From the NCBI GenBank assembly GCA_964580035.1, contig CAZOJC010000002.1:8205-72204 (forward strand): DNA of 64,000 nt, in the 5' to 3' direction. Numbering within the stretch: the stretch's first letter is position 1; every line of letters begins with the position of its first letter. Both the position numbers and the translations under genes were made by a program. This stretch comes from an uncultured Candidatus Peribacteria bacterium. GTDB lineage: Bacteria > Patescibacteriota > Gracilibacteria > Peribacterales > Peribacteraceae. The notes beneath the pieces are model-generated. The model searched no databases. It saw only the letters and a list, made by a program, of their open reading frames with translations, and was not told the DNA's origin. Positions 9,295 to 18,634 of this stretch are shown here, one piece after another.

Positions 9295-11072
9295 GACAGT
9301 TGGACGATGTTCATGAGCAAGTGTAAGTGGTAGCCTCTGCGATCCCGGTGCTCATGCCATTGAATACGGACTTTCTCCACATCGAACAGCTCTCGTATCT
9401 TCTGGTTTTCCAGCGCTTCTTCAACGAGAGGGGCGCACTCTCTTCTCAGCCATTTGGCAACGGGCGGATAGAACGAAGCCTTGGGCAGTGAGTACAGATG
9501 CTTGGGGAGCATGTTTCGGTACGCATCTTTCAGCAACGTCTTTGTCCGACGCAGATGTACGTGCCAGTTGCCTGGCGTGTGAGAGATGAGATCGATCAAT
9601 CGTGAATCCAGAAAAGGAACTCTCGCCTCCACGCCGCTCGCCATTGTCGTGCCGTCCACCAGCTTCAGAGACTCATCTATTAACCATGTTCTCCTATCTG
9701 CTTCCATTGCTTCTCTCAGCGCATCTGCTGAATCATGAAAAAAGGGCAAGAAGTACTCACCGATAGCAGCCGTCGAATACCATCCTCGCGCTACTGATTG
9801 CACTTCAGAGATCGGACGACTCATCAGACGAGTCCAGAGCGCTGCTCCTGGAGAACCTTGACTGACATCAGATGCCACACCATAGCGAATGGCAGCCCAT
9901 CTACGAATCGATGGCGGTATCCATCCAAAGGCACGGAGCATGGCAACAATCCTGTAGCGAGGATATCCGCCAAATAATTCATCGCCTCCAGCACCGCAGA
10001 GGATGACATCGACGTGAGGCTTCGCGATTGTTGCCAAAAGATACTGAGCAACGGAAACATGATCGCTATTGGGGAGATCGAGGGCACGAGCGCACGCACG
10101 AAATGCATCCCTGTACTGCGCAGCGGTAATCGTCAGCTCTGTGTGTGAAGTGCCGTAGTGCGATGCGGTGAGACGCGCGAGATCGGCATCCGCATTGAAT
10201 CGGCTGGCACCTTCAGCTTCAGTAGCTTCAAACCTTGCAGTGAAGGTGGAGATTGGCTGCTTGCTCACTTGAGCCATGTGATGGAGAATGACTGAGGAAT
10301 CCATTCCTCCGCTCAAAAAAATACCCACTGGTTGATCTGATACCAAATGTTCTTCCACACACTGTCTCATGATATCGGGGAGAGTCTTCTTCAATTGTCC
10401 TCGGCTGGTAGCCTGCCACGGCGCTCTCTGTGTGTGTATCTCACGCGAAGAAGTCTTCCCATCTCGGACAACCATCATGGTCCCCGGCGTAATCGGGGTG
10501 ATGCCGACACAGAGGGTGTGCGGCCTTGGAACGTACTGCAGATGCATGTACAAAGAGAGTGCTTCGTAATCTATAGGAAGTTTTTCTGGCACTGCTTTCA
10601 AGAGCGCCCTCACTTCGGAAGCGAATGCAAGATGTCCTTCTATGAATCGCGTGTAGAGAGGTTTGATGCCACTTGAGTCTCGTGCGAGTATCAATTCACG
10701 GGTCTTCGTATCGTAGATCGCGAGGGCATACATGCCTCTTACGCTTCGTAAAAAGTCATACCTGTCTGAGGAATAAAGGTGGAGGAGCACTTCTGTATCG
10801 GTTCTCGTGCGACAGGAAAATCCTCGCGCCTGAGCAAGGGCACGAAAGTTAAATATTTCTCCGTTAAATACGATACCTACCGTGCCATCCTCGCTCCACA
10901 TTGGCTGCGCGCCTGCCGGAGAAGGATCGAGAATGGCAAGCCGTGCATGACCGAGAGAAATGCCATGGCCACAGTAGATGTCATGCCCGTCGGGTCCTCT
11001 GTGCATGAGGGCTCTTGTCATCCGCGTAATGACCTCTGGGTGCTCTCCGATGCATCCGGCTATGCCGCACAT
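9258..11072 (-). CDS. asnB: asparagine synthase (glutamine-hydrolysing) family amidotransferase, paralog 1
   Basis: N-terminal nucleophile MCGIAG. Contains the GATase-II block and the PP-loop FLSGGMDSS. Its 3' end overlaps the convergent methyltransferase gene by 37 nt. Confidence 0.85.
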   Translation of the reverse strand: MCGIAGCIGEHPEVITRMTRALMHRGPDGHDIYCGHGISLGHARLAILDPSPAGAQPMWSEDGTVGIVFNGEIFNFRALAQARGFSCRTRTDTEVLLHLYSSDRYDFLRSVRGMYALAIYDTKTRELILARDSSGIKPLYTRFIEGHLAFASEVRALLKAVPEKLPIDYEALSLYMHLQYVPRPHTLCVGITPITPGTMMVVRDGKTSSREIHTQRAPWQATSRGQLKKTLPDIMRQCVEEHLVSDQPVGIFLSGGMDSSVILHHMAQVSKQPISTFTARFEATEAEGASRFNADADLARLTASHYGTSHTELTITAAQYRDAFRACARALDLPNSDHVSVAQYLLATIAKPHVDVILCGAGGDELFGGYPRYRIVAMLRAFGWIPPSIRRWAAIRYGVASDVSQGSPGAALWTRLMSRPISEVQSVARGWYSTAAIGEYFLPFFHDSADALREAMEADRRTWLIDESLKLVDGTTMASGVEARVPFLDSRLIDLISHTPGNWHVHLRRTKTLLKDAYRNMLPKHLYSLPKASFYPPVAKWLRRECAPLVEEALENQKIRELFDVEKVRIQWHEHRDRRGYHLHLLMNIVQLSHWFDEVYDSAA

Positions 11073-11078
11073 ACGCTA

Positions 11079-13952
11079 CTACTGTAGAGCATGAGATTCG
11101 CTTTGCATACGAGTAGTCAGAGAGTGAGCGATTCTTCTCGCATTGGCCATCACTGTGAGCGTGTGCGGACCGCTCGGAAGGCAGGGGAACAGGGAGGCAT
11201 CAGCACAGTACGTGGAAGGATACCCCGCTATCTCGCCGTCCACTGTTGCAGAGAGAGGACCAGTTCCGTCAATTGGCACTGATCCTGCATAGTGCGAACT
11301 GGATCCTTCAGGTAGCAAGAGAGTTTTTACGGGCCAGAGCCCAAGAGCTCGAAGGGCACGCCGCATGCGGCGCACGGCTACCAGACGCTCTTGCTTCTCT
11401 TGCTGCATGTCTTCACGAGGAGAGATGTCCGTACCGTTTTCATGCCATTGCACATATGCGTTGGGTTCGGATGAATGGAAGCGCATATCAGCGATGACCA
11501 GTCCTGGAGAGAATAGTCGCGCAATGTCGAATGCACTTGGAATGGGAAGCGGAATGCTGCCCAGTAAACGAAAGAGGAGCAGACTGCGATAGCTGTAGAG
11601 CTGAGCAATGCTCGGGCCCTTCGGGGCGAGAGCATCGTTGAGCACCAGCTGACACAGACTCATACGCCGCTCAGGACCCGTCTCGAGGCATCCAGACGGC
11701 CGAATCGTGGCAATGTATGCGTGAGGTTTCGCAATGAAGGGAATGGCGTCCTTCATGCCCTTCGACGCTGCAAGTATGCGAGCACTGCCGACCGCTCCTG
11801 CGCACAGAATCACTTTCTTTGCCGCAGCGATTGTTTCCACTGTGCGTGTTCCCAGCTTTCTCCCTCGCACTTCTCCCCCGTTCTTGGCAGTGCGAATGTG
11901 ATCTACGATGAAATGTGGCAACCACCGGAAGCGAGGGCTTCGCTGCAGTTCTCGCAGTGTTTCGGTGGGACGATACACGGCATGCTCTTCATCTGAGTAG
12001 TAATCAGTATCTCTGAGTGTTGACGCCCGCCTTGATCCGAGGGGGGCGGTGAGCACCGCGGAAAGAGGCTGCAGCAACGAATATCCTTCGCGCCGAAACC
12101 ATGCTGCAGAAGCACGAAATCTCTCGAGGCATGCTGTGGCGTGATGATCGACTGGTAACGGGGGTTGCACTCGATACTCATCACTTGCTCCGCTCACTCC
12201 AATGCGATCAATCACTTCCTGATATTCTCGCTTCATATCATCTGGAGGCAGTCGCATCTCGCGGAGAGTATCTGTCGAAAAGGCGGCACATGCTGCTCCC
12301 CACACGGCACCCAAACCTCCTTCTGCCAGTGTCTCTATGACTTGGATAGCATGCTGAGTGGTGTTGAACTCTTCTGTATGACGCGTCACAAATGCCCTGT
12401 TTCCGCTCGTCATGCCTCCACCAAGTCCGCCGCGCAAACCATCGACTGGAATGGCTGATACGTCATTCCCAAGGAACCAACGCCACTGATCCTCTCTCTC
12501 GCGCCTGAGTGACAGAAAATCGCTCACGGGCTCGTGGAGGAGAGCGGGGCCCTGCACGCCTCCATCGATCATCGCAACCGAACGGCCACACTCAATCAGA
12601 GCCAGTACTGCATGCACTCCTGCCGGGCCACTGCCGATGACAATGACATCAGTATCCATGGGCGTACTGCATGAGTGTTTTTGGACGATAGTACCAGTAG
12701 AGCATTCTCGGAAGCGCTCGTGCGACACGGAGAGTGGGACGCAGACAGAGAGAAGCCACGTTACAATCGAAAAGCGGCGAGGCAAGAGAGATGTCGATGA
12801 TCGCGGCGTGCATTCAGCTATCGCTGCTGCAACGATGAGACATCGCTGCAGGTGACATGAGGGATATCGTATGCGTGAGGCAAAATCGAGTGCCCGTAAA
12901 CGACCTTGCGATCGCCAAATCCAAGGAGAGAGTATCTTTGAATCTAACGAATGAACGGCAAGGGCTTGCAACATCCTCTGCACCTCCTCACTCGTCGGCT
13001 CAGATACGCAGCAGTCGCTGAGCACATACCGCAGCAATGCTTCAGCGTACGCGACCGTGCTTTCTGGAGAAGACAACAGTGATGACCGCAGCGATCGCGG
13101 AGTGATGTCCACAGTACGGAGAAGTGGCTGAGGGTCCATGATGATGCTCTCTGCAGCTCCTCTCACATTGCTGACGGTGATTGGTGGATTTTTCATCATC
13201 CGACACGCAACAGCAATCATCAAACAAAGCGAAATCGGCAGGTGAAGGAGCGGAGGATTGAGGCCCTGCGCCTCTGCAATCGTCGAACAGAGCTGATTGT
13301 ACGTGTAGCGCTCAGGGCCACCCATTTCCCAGTGCTTGCAGACTTCTTCCTGCTGCGCCAGAAGGCACTGCTCAATAATACTCGCAACATCATCGCGATG
13401 GATCGGCCAGTAGCACGCAGTTCCCGGTCCGACGATGGGGCACACGGGCAGGCGAGAGAGAGTGGTGAGCATTGCAAACACTCCGCTCTTTGCAGAACCA
13501 TAGATGACGCTACTACAGAGCGTGACCACTGGCACAGTTCCTGCGCGAAGGATATCGTCTGCTCGTTTTTTCGTATCGCCGTACAGCCCTCGCCTCTTGA
13601 GATGTGACGATTGAGTGGAGAGATGAATAATTCTTTGAATACCGTTCTCGGCGCACACTTCTGCCACGATATGAGCGCCTTCCACATTCACCTGTTCGCT
13701 GTCTTTTTCGTCATTCTTTCGTGCGGCCAAATGAATGAGCATGTCGACACCCTCAGTCGCTGCGCGCAACGCAGTGCGATCTGTTACATCCACTCGTAAC
13801 CATGTGCACCGAGGGGAATTCTCACAGCCTTCAGGAGGGTCTCCTCGTGTGAACGCTCGAATACAATAGTTCCTGCGTGCGAGATGAGCGACCACTGCCT
13901 GCCCGACGAATCCACCTGCGCCGGTGACTGCAATGACCATTGGCTTACGCAT
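11079..13952 (-). CDS. fusion protein: N-terminal NAD-dependent epimerase/dehydratase (SDR) plus C-terminal FAD-dependent GMC-type oxidoreductase (957 aa)
   Basis: The N-terminus VIAVTGAGGFVGQAVVAHL is an SDR Rossmann fold. At about aa 436, DVIVIGSGPAGVHAVLALIECGRSVAMIDGG is an FAD Rossmann fold. The C-terminal YCADASLFPCLPSGPHTLTVMANARRIA resembles the GMC C-terminal motif. There is no stop codon between the halves. Confidence 0.75.
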   Translation of the reverse strand: MRKPMVIAVTGAGGFVGQAVVAHLARRNYCIRAFTRGDPPEGCENSPRCTWLRVDVTDRTALRAATEGVDMLIHLAARKNDEKDSEQVNVEGAHIVAEVCAENGIQRIIHLSTQSSHLKRRGLYGDTKKRADDILRAGTVPVVTLCSSVIYGSAKSGVFAMLTTLSRLPVCPIVGPGTACYWPIHRDDVASIIEQCLLAQQEEVCKHWEMGGPERYTYNQLCSTIAEAQGLNPPLLHLPISLCLMIAVACRMMKNPPITVSNVRGAAESIIMDPQPLLRTVDITPRSLRSSLLSSPESTVAYAEALLRYVLSDCCVSEPTSEEVQRMLQALAVHSLDSKILSPWIWRSQGRLRALDFASRIRYPSCHLQRCLIVAAAIAECTPRSSTSLLPRRFSIVTWLLSVCVPLSVSHERFRECSTGTIVQKHSCSTPMDTDVIVIGSGPAGVHAVLALIECGRSVAMIDGGVQGPALLHEPVSDFLSLRREREDQWRWFLGNDVSAIPVDGLRGGLGGGMTSGNRAFVTRHTEEFNTTQHAIQVIETLAEGGLGAVWGAACAAFSTDTLREMRLPPDDMKREYQEVIDRIGVSGASDEYRVQPPLPVDHHATACLERFRASAAWFRREGYSLLQPLSAVLTAPLGSRRASTLRDTDYYSDEEHAVYRPTETLRELQRSPRFRWLPHFIVDHIRTAKNGGEVRGRKLGTRTVETIAAAKKVILCAGAVGSARILAASKGMKDAIPFIAKPHAYIATIRPSGCLETGPERRMSLCQLVLNDALAPKGPSIAQLYSYRSLLLFRLLGSIPLPIPSAFDIARLFSPGLVIADMRFHSSEPNAYVQWHENGTDISPREDMQQEKQERLVAVRRMRRALRALGLWPVKTLLLPEGSSSHYAGSVPIDGTGPLSATVDGEIAGYPSTYCADASLFPCLPSGPHTLTVMANARRIAHSLTTRMQSESHALQ

Positions 13953-14802
13953 GCTCGAGACGAGTACCAGATCCGCGCCAGCTCACTCCTCGATACGGCG
14001 AAATGTGAACATCACGAAATCCACTCCCAAACCAACGGCGAATGCGTTCCTCTGAAATAAACCACGTTTGCGGAGCGTTCAGCTTATCAAATACATTCAG
14101 CATATTGCGACTGAGGCTCAATTGTCTCCAATTTTGGAAGTACTGATAGTACGGCAGACTGCGCAGTGGCAAACGATAGATCGTGTGCACTGGGAGAGAG
14201 ACAAGGAGTGTGAGAATCCACGCAAGCCAGAGAACCATCCTGCGAGGCAGATGTCGAATAATGAGGTATTTCACAGGCTCCAATACGTATTGATTCAAGA
14301 AATTTCCTTCCTTGCTGTACACCCACACAATCACCCGCCCGCCAGCAGCGCAATGAGATGCAATGTTGGCGAATGAAGCATCGGGGTCATCTGTATGATG
14401 CAAAACGCCGATAGAGTACACGACATCAAAGACTGTATTGAGCTGCATCTTTGCAATGTCGTCTTGGAGTATTCGAACATTCTGATAATTTTTTGTTCTC
14501 TGTATGGCGCTCTCCGTTGCGTTTAAGTCTACTCCCACGACGCTCTTTGCCACAGGCGCCACAAAACTGACGTGCTGACCTCCCCCGCAACCACAATCGA
14601 GCACGGTCTTGCCTCTGAATGTCTCCCACGTGTTTGGGAATATCCATTCGGAGAACAACCAACGATTGTCGTCTTGAAGGTGATTCCACTGCCATGTCCA
14701 CTGCGATTGCTGATGTTGCTTCATAGGCAAAAGCATACCTGATGACACGATTACTGTGCCATACATGGGAGCATTCCTATTCAGCTGACACTGTGGGAGC
14801 AC
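13945..14802 (-). CDS. class I SAM-dependent methyltransferase
   Basis: Motif I is VLDCGCGGGQHVSFVAP, with VVGVDL and DVVYSIGVLHH. GTG 14802 is the track start and ATG 14766 is an alternative. The stop overlaps the start of the SDR-GMC gene. Confidence 0.75.
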   Translation of the reverse strand: MLPQCQLNRNAPMYGTVIVSSGMLLPMKQHQQSQWTWQWNHLQDDNRWLFSEWIFPNTWETFRGKTVLDCGCGGGQHVSFVAPVAKSVVGVDLNATESAIQRTKNYQNVRILQDDIAKMQLNTVFDVVYSIGVLHHTDDPDASFANIASHCAAGGRVIVWVYSKEGNFLNQYVLEPVKYLIIRHLPRRMVLWLAWILTLLVSLPVHTIYRLPLRSLPYYQYFQNWRQLSLSRNMLNVFDKLNAPQTWFISEERIRRWFGSGFRDVHISPYRGVSWRGSGTRLEHA

Positions 14803-15577
14803 TCATCAAGCGCTCTCTACAGAGCACCACCATACCCTTCCACGCATCCTGCCATCGAATCTTCTTCCCCTCGTCTACGGATCTCGGGCTGTACTCAATC
14901 GGCACTTCTTTGATAGCAATTGATCTCCTCAGACACTTGCCAGTGATCTCCGCCTCAAGCTCGAATCCTCTGCTCACAAGCGCAAAAGAACGAAGAAGAT
15001 CTGTAGGCAGAAGCTTGTAACAGGTGTAGCTGTCTGTAATGTGAGCGCCAAACAAAAGATTTGAGAGCTTCGTGAGTAGTTGGTTTCCGAGCCTGAATCG
15101 CCAATGCGTACTGGGATTCCACTGCAAGAAACGAGATCCAAACACAGCGCACTGAGGGTGAGAGATGGCCACCTGCAGCAGAGTTGAAATTTGCGTGGGA
15201 TGATACTCCAGATCTGCATCCTGAATGATGGTGTACTGACCAGTAGCCTGCTTCAGTCCTGCGATAATTGCCGACCCTTTTCCGCCGTTTTTCTGTGTAA
15301 TAACACTGTCTTCAGCGCGCGCATGCGCACGAATGATTGCAAGTGAATCATCAGTCGATCCATCATCGATGTAGATATGCTGTGCATCGCTACAGTGCTC
15401 ACGCAGCGCGTTCATGATTGTGACGATCGTCCTGCTTTCATTGTACACGGGAACGAGAATGGAGAGAGTGATGCTATTCATGTCATGTAATGAAATCGTG
15501 GGCACTGGTGAGCATGCATCATACATTTTTTGTGCGATGGGCGATATTTCTGAAAAAAAATCAGAATGTACGTGCAA
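14777..15577 (-). CDS. glycosyltransferase family 2 (polyprenol-phosphate sugar transferase-like)
   Basis: LSILVPVYNESRTIVTIMNAL ... IYIDDGSTDDS ... IQDADLEY (DxD). An alternative start is ATG 15481. Confidence 0.85.
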   Translation of the reverse strand: MHVHSDFFSEISPIAQKMYDACSPVPTISLHDMNSITLSILVPVYNESRTIVTIMNALREHCSDAQHIYIDDGSTDDSLAIIRAHARAEDSVITQKNGGKGSAIIAGLKQATGQYTIIQDADLEYHPTQISTLLQVAISHPQCAVFGSRFLQWNPSTHWRFRLGNQLLTKLSNLLFGAHITDSYTCYKLLPTDLLRSFALVSRGFELEAEITGKCLRRSIAIKEVPIEYSPRSVDEGKKIRWQDAWKGMVVLCRERLMSAPTVSAE

Positions 15578-15626
15578 AAAAAGCCTCTATGATATAGAAT
15601 GAATCTTCGCGTTCATTCACACCACT

Positions 15627-16026
15627 GGGGATGACAGGCTTCGACAGCGTGATTCTGCGTTGACTGCGTCACGATCCGGGATTGCTCTGGTTCCCGATAC
15701 CCACCGTTGCACCAATTAATTGCCAATAGCAATTTCATGGCTCGCGTGCAGGGCATTGCGAACTCCGTTCGCCTTGACCAGCTCGTTGCAGCTTAGTTCT
15801 GTTTTTTAACGGAACACGCCTCCCCGCCGATCCTCGCTGAGCGGATGAGGCGTCACTAGCGGGGCTGGCTTTCCGTCCGACGGTGCGGATAGCCAACATC
15901 CTTCCGTCATCACTCTCACCCTTTCCTTGTTCCTTCCTGATGGGCTGAGAGAATTGGAAGGAACATGATCGTACTGACCTTTGGCGTACACGTTGGACCC
16001 GGGTTCGACTCCCGGCATCTCCACCA
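15627..16026 (+). ncRNA. ssrA: tmRNA (SsrA), standard one-piece form
   Basis: The 5' GGGGATGACAGGCTTCGACAGCG pairs with the 3' ...GGACCCGGGTTCGACTCCCGGCATCTCCACCA. This gives a 7-bp acceptor stem with a G3:U wobble, a T-arm GGGTTCGACTCCC and an encoded CCA. An internal tag ORF ends in ...LVAA-stop. A TATAGAAT -10-like box lies about 27 nt upstream. Confidence 0.9.
15722..15796 (+). other. tmRNA tag-peptide reading frame (ANSNFMARVQGIANSVRLDQLVAA-stop)
   Basis: GCC resume codon after ...CACCAATTAATT, then 24 sense codons to TAG at 15794..15796. A later in-frame GCT (ARVQGI...) is an alternative resume point. Confidence 0.55.
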
Positions 16027-17541
16027 TAGCTTTTTTATCAATATCAGCGAGCTTAGAAAGCTCAAACAGTAGCGAAAAACTAGCGGTTCCAACGCCATTT
16101 TCCTTGCTGAACGGTATAACGTTCACAAAAGCGAGCCGCAGGACGGTCTTTTTATTCTCGTATTCATCGGTATTCCATAACGCAGAAGGGTTTTGAAGGA
16201 AATTGAGTACCCTCGTTAGTGCGGTTCCAAAATCATTCCTAGGGTCATTTTGAGAAAGCACTTTTAGACGCAATTCCCTTTTCTCAGTTTCAAGCTCCTC
16301 AATTCTTGCCTCGTATCGCTTAACGATTGCGGCACTTTTCATGTCCTCGATCTTTTTTACCAAATCAATAATCTTATCTTCGAATGCGCCCATTTCTGAC
16401 TTTTGCCGTTCCGCATCCGCTGTCACAGCCTTCATTCGATCTTTCCATGCGTCACTGAATACCGCGCCGAGTAACTTTAGGGCATTCGGCGTCGCGGACA
16501 TGCCATTAAGCAGCGTTGTGAAAGCGTCATCTATGTATTCTTTTCTCATTCCTTTATTACGATACGTGCAACCCGCAGTGGTACAGCGGTAATAGGGGTA
16601 CATTTGCGTGCGCCCTTTGCTCCAACTGGCGGTCATCAATTCGCCGCAATCACTACATGCTGCATACCCTCTAAGCTCAAAATCCTCATGTAGAGCTTTT
16701 CGCTGAGGACGTGGCGCAGTTTCTGCTAGACGCTGCTCTATGAGCCTTAGTGTCTCTTCGCTAATGAGAGCCTCGTGGTGTCCTTTACGACGAGATACGT
16801 GCCATAATGGGTATTCAATAAATCCGGCGTAAATCCATGCGCGTTCTAGCAACCGAATAGCTTGCTCCAAATGCACACGGTCTTTTTGTTTACGATGATA
16901 AAAGCCTTTCCTTTGTAAAAATTGTTGTACGTCCGTTCGGGTTACAAATCGTGCGCTCGCATATCCTTCTAATGCTTCTTTAATAACTGAAGCGTTAGGT
17001 TCAATCGGAACAAGTAATTTCCCATGACCAGGAAATTTCTCTGTCCTCATGCCGGGTGGATGGTCAAAAGTCCAATATCCAGCCTCCAAACGTGCCTTCA
17101 TCCTTCCTCGTACCTGCCTCGCATTTTGTTTGCGCTCTAATTCAGCATGGCCAGCAAATATCAATTCAATAAACTCACTTTCTGGGCTGTCTTCAAATTT
17201 ATAAGTAGGACTTTCCAATACGCCATTGCGTGAATAGATGGCAGTTTTTAAAGTGAGATGGCCTTTTACGTCCCTCGCAAAGCGCTTTATATCATCGACT
17301 AAGACTACAATCTTTTCATTACTAAAAACGTCATACGTTCTAAGAATTGAAGTAAGTCATTCATCGCGGGTCTGTCTGTCAAACCACCCGAAACTCCTTC
17401 ATCTTTAAAAACGCGCAAAACCTCATATTTTCTTTCGAGTGCATATTGTCTGCATCGGTGCTCCTGACTCTCCAAGCCATGCCCCTCATTCACCTGACGT
17501 TCTGATGAAACCCGACAATAGATGAGTGCTTTATTGCTCAT
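15806..17541 (-). pseudogene. large serine recombinase, interrupted by a frameshift and lacking a stop before it runs antisense into tmRNA
   Basis: ORF 17305..17541 is the resolvase N-domain (ALIYCRVSSERQ ... GVSGGLTDRPAMNDLL). A second frame is open from about 17330 and runs into track ORF 15806..17218 (IVVLVDDIKRFARD ...), which covers the recombinase domain, a Cys-rich zinc ribbon (CSDCG...YYRCTTAGC) and a coiled coil. The last roughly 70 codons are the reverse complement of tmRNA. Confidence 0.8.
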
Positions 17542-17665
17542 GTGAAAAATGGTCGTCTAGGAAACGGTTAACAAATGAGTATAGCTCATCCCTGAGCCTA
17601 ATAATCTCCTCATCTGTTGCTGATGGCTCATTGAGGATGCGCCGACATTCTTCCAAGCTGAGCAT
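17531..17665 (-). CDS. 44-aa ORF overlapping the recombinase start (MLSLEECRRILNEPSATDEEIIRLRDELYSFVNRFLDDHFSHEQ)
   Basis: Found by hand translation and not in the track. ATG is at 17665. Its TAA stop lies 11 nt inside the recombinase ORF (ATGAGCAATAA overlap). The sequence is helical and acidic in character. Confidence 0.35.
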   Translation of the reverse strand: MLSLEECRRILNEPSATDEEIIRLRDELYSFVNRFLDDHFSHEQ

Positions 17666-17979
17666 ACAAAAAAGCCGCCCCGCCGTTTGGCGTGACGTAG
17701 GATTTTAGGAATGTTCAGCCTTAATGGTCTTGTGGTCAAATGCGTACGTGTCTCACTGTTTCCAACAATTGCAGACGAGTCTTTATGACGCATCGGGCAT
17801 AGAACTTTTTTAGTATAAAAAAGCCATGGTAAAGATAACTTTTCAAATATGGTTTCTGATTGCCTAAAGAAAAAGTATATGTGCTGTTGCTCGAAGAACC
17901 GTTCGATTTCATATCTGTTTAGTTTTGTTTTTGCCTCAAAATCGCGTCGTTTTGCAATGGTTTTACAATCATTTTGCAT
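17557..17979 (-). CDS. hypothetical ORF (140 aa), doubtful
   Basis: Track ORF only. Its 3' part overlaps the 44-aa ORF in another frame and looks non-protein-like. Only the AT-rich N-terminal part might be real. Confidence 0.2.
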   Translation of the reverse strand: MQNDCKTIAKRRDFEAKTKLNRYEIERFFEQQHIYFFFRQSETIFEKLSLPWLFYTKKVLCPMRHKDSSAIVGNSETRTHLTTRPLRLNIPKILRHAKRRGGFFVCSAWKNVGASSMSHQQQMRRLLGSGMSYTHLLTVS

Positions 17980-18322
17980 GTTTCCTGACTAGCCAAAAAA
18001 TGACTAAAAACGGCGACAAAGGGATAATTATAGGCACAAGCACAATAATCAAAACAACGCGGAGAACCTTTTTAATGTCGATACGCTGAGATGGTGTGAT
18101 TGGTTCAGTGATCTTTGTTTTTGTGGTGTCATTGGGCACTAATTTCTTAAGGTACTGTGTTGAGTGAATGCCTGTCTTTGGGATGCTTATAGAGGTGTAT
18201 GCACCTTTGGAGTTAGCACCAACGCGCAGTCCTTTTATGCCAGTACTAACACTTAGTCCTCCTTTGGAGATACCAATGCGGAACAAGCCAAGTTTCTTTG
18301 ATTTTCGGAAGCCAAAAGCCAT
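17969..18322 (-). CDS. DUF4236 domain membrane-anchored protein (117 aa)
   Basis: MAFGFRKSKKLGLFRIGISKGGLSVSTGIKGLRVGANSKG matches the characteristic DUF4236 N-terminus. There is a C-terminal TM helix. The start is placed at ATG 18322 rather than the track start at 18520. Confidence 0.7.
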   Translation of the reverse strand: MAFGFRKSKKLGLFRIGISKGGLSVSTGIKGLRVGANSKGAYTSISIPKTGIHSTQYLKKLVPNDTTKTKITEPITPSQRIDIKKVLRVVLIIVLVPIIIPLSPFLVIFWLVRKHAK

Positions 18323-18412
18323 TACTCTGCATCTTAGACGATGGTTGTAATGTTTCAACTGTAATCTTCCAACCATGCAACAATAATTCAAGGAACCAAT
18401 TATGCGGTTCCT

Positions 18413-18625
18413 ATGATTAAAAATCCTAAAATACTGGCAGCAGGGGATGTGGCAGAGATTCTTGGAGTGTCCTATCAATACATTGATAGATTGGCACGTG
18501 AGGGACGTTTGACCTTCCAAATGACTTCCTCAGGGAGGGTTTTCTTAGAGGATGATGTGGTGGCGTTTCAGAGAGAGCGGGAAAAGAAGGCAAAAACTGA
18601 CCCTAGAATTAAGAGAAGGAAATGA
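18413..18625 (+). CDS. excisionase/MerR-type helix-turn-helix DNA-binding protein (70 aa)
   Basis: ILAAGDVAEILGVSYQYIDRLAREGRLTF... is typical of the HTH_17/Xis family. The tail is Lys/Arg-rich. Confidence 0.7.
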   Translation: MIKNPKILAAGDVAEILGVSYQYIDRLAREGRLTFQMTSSGRVFLEDDVVAFQREREKKAKTDPRIKRRK

Positions 18626-18634
18626 TATAAAGGA

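Noticed and set aside
15806-16026. The 3'-terminal roughly 70 codons of the recombinase ORF as genuine coding sequence
   Set aside because: This stretch is the exact reverse complement of the tmRNA 3' domain (MVEMPGVEPG is the T-arm and acceptor stem). The frame is open only because no stop occurs. It is treated as read-through of a decayed gene.
17670-17700. A rho-independent terminator on the minus strand (GC-rich segment followed by TTTTTT) upstream of the 44-aa ORF
   Set aside because: The GC-rich segment forms at best a 4-bp stem (CGCC/GGCG). That is too weak to call without an energy calculation.
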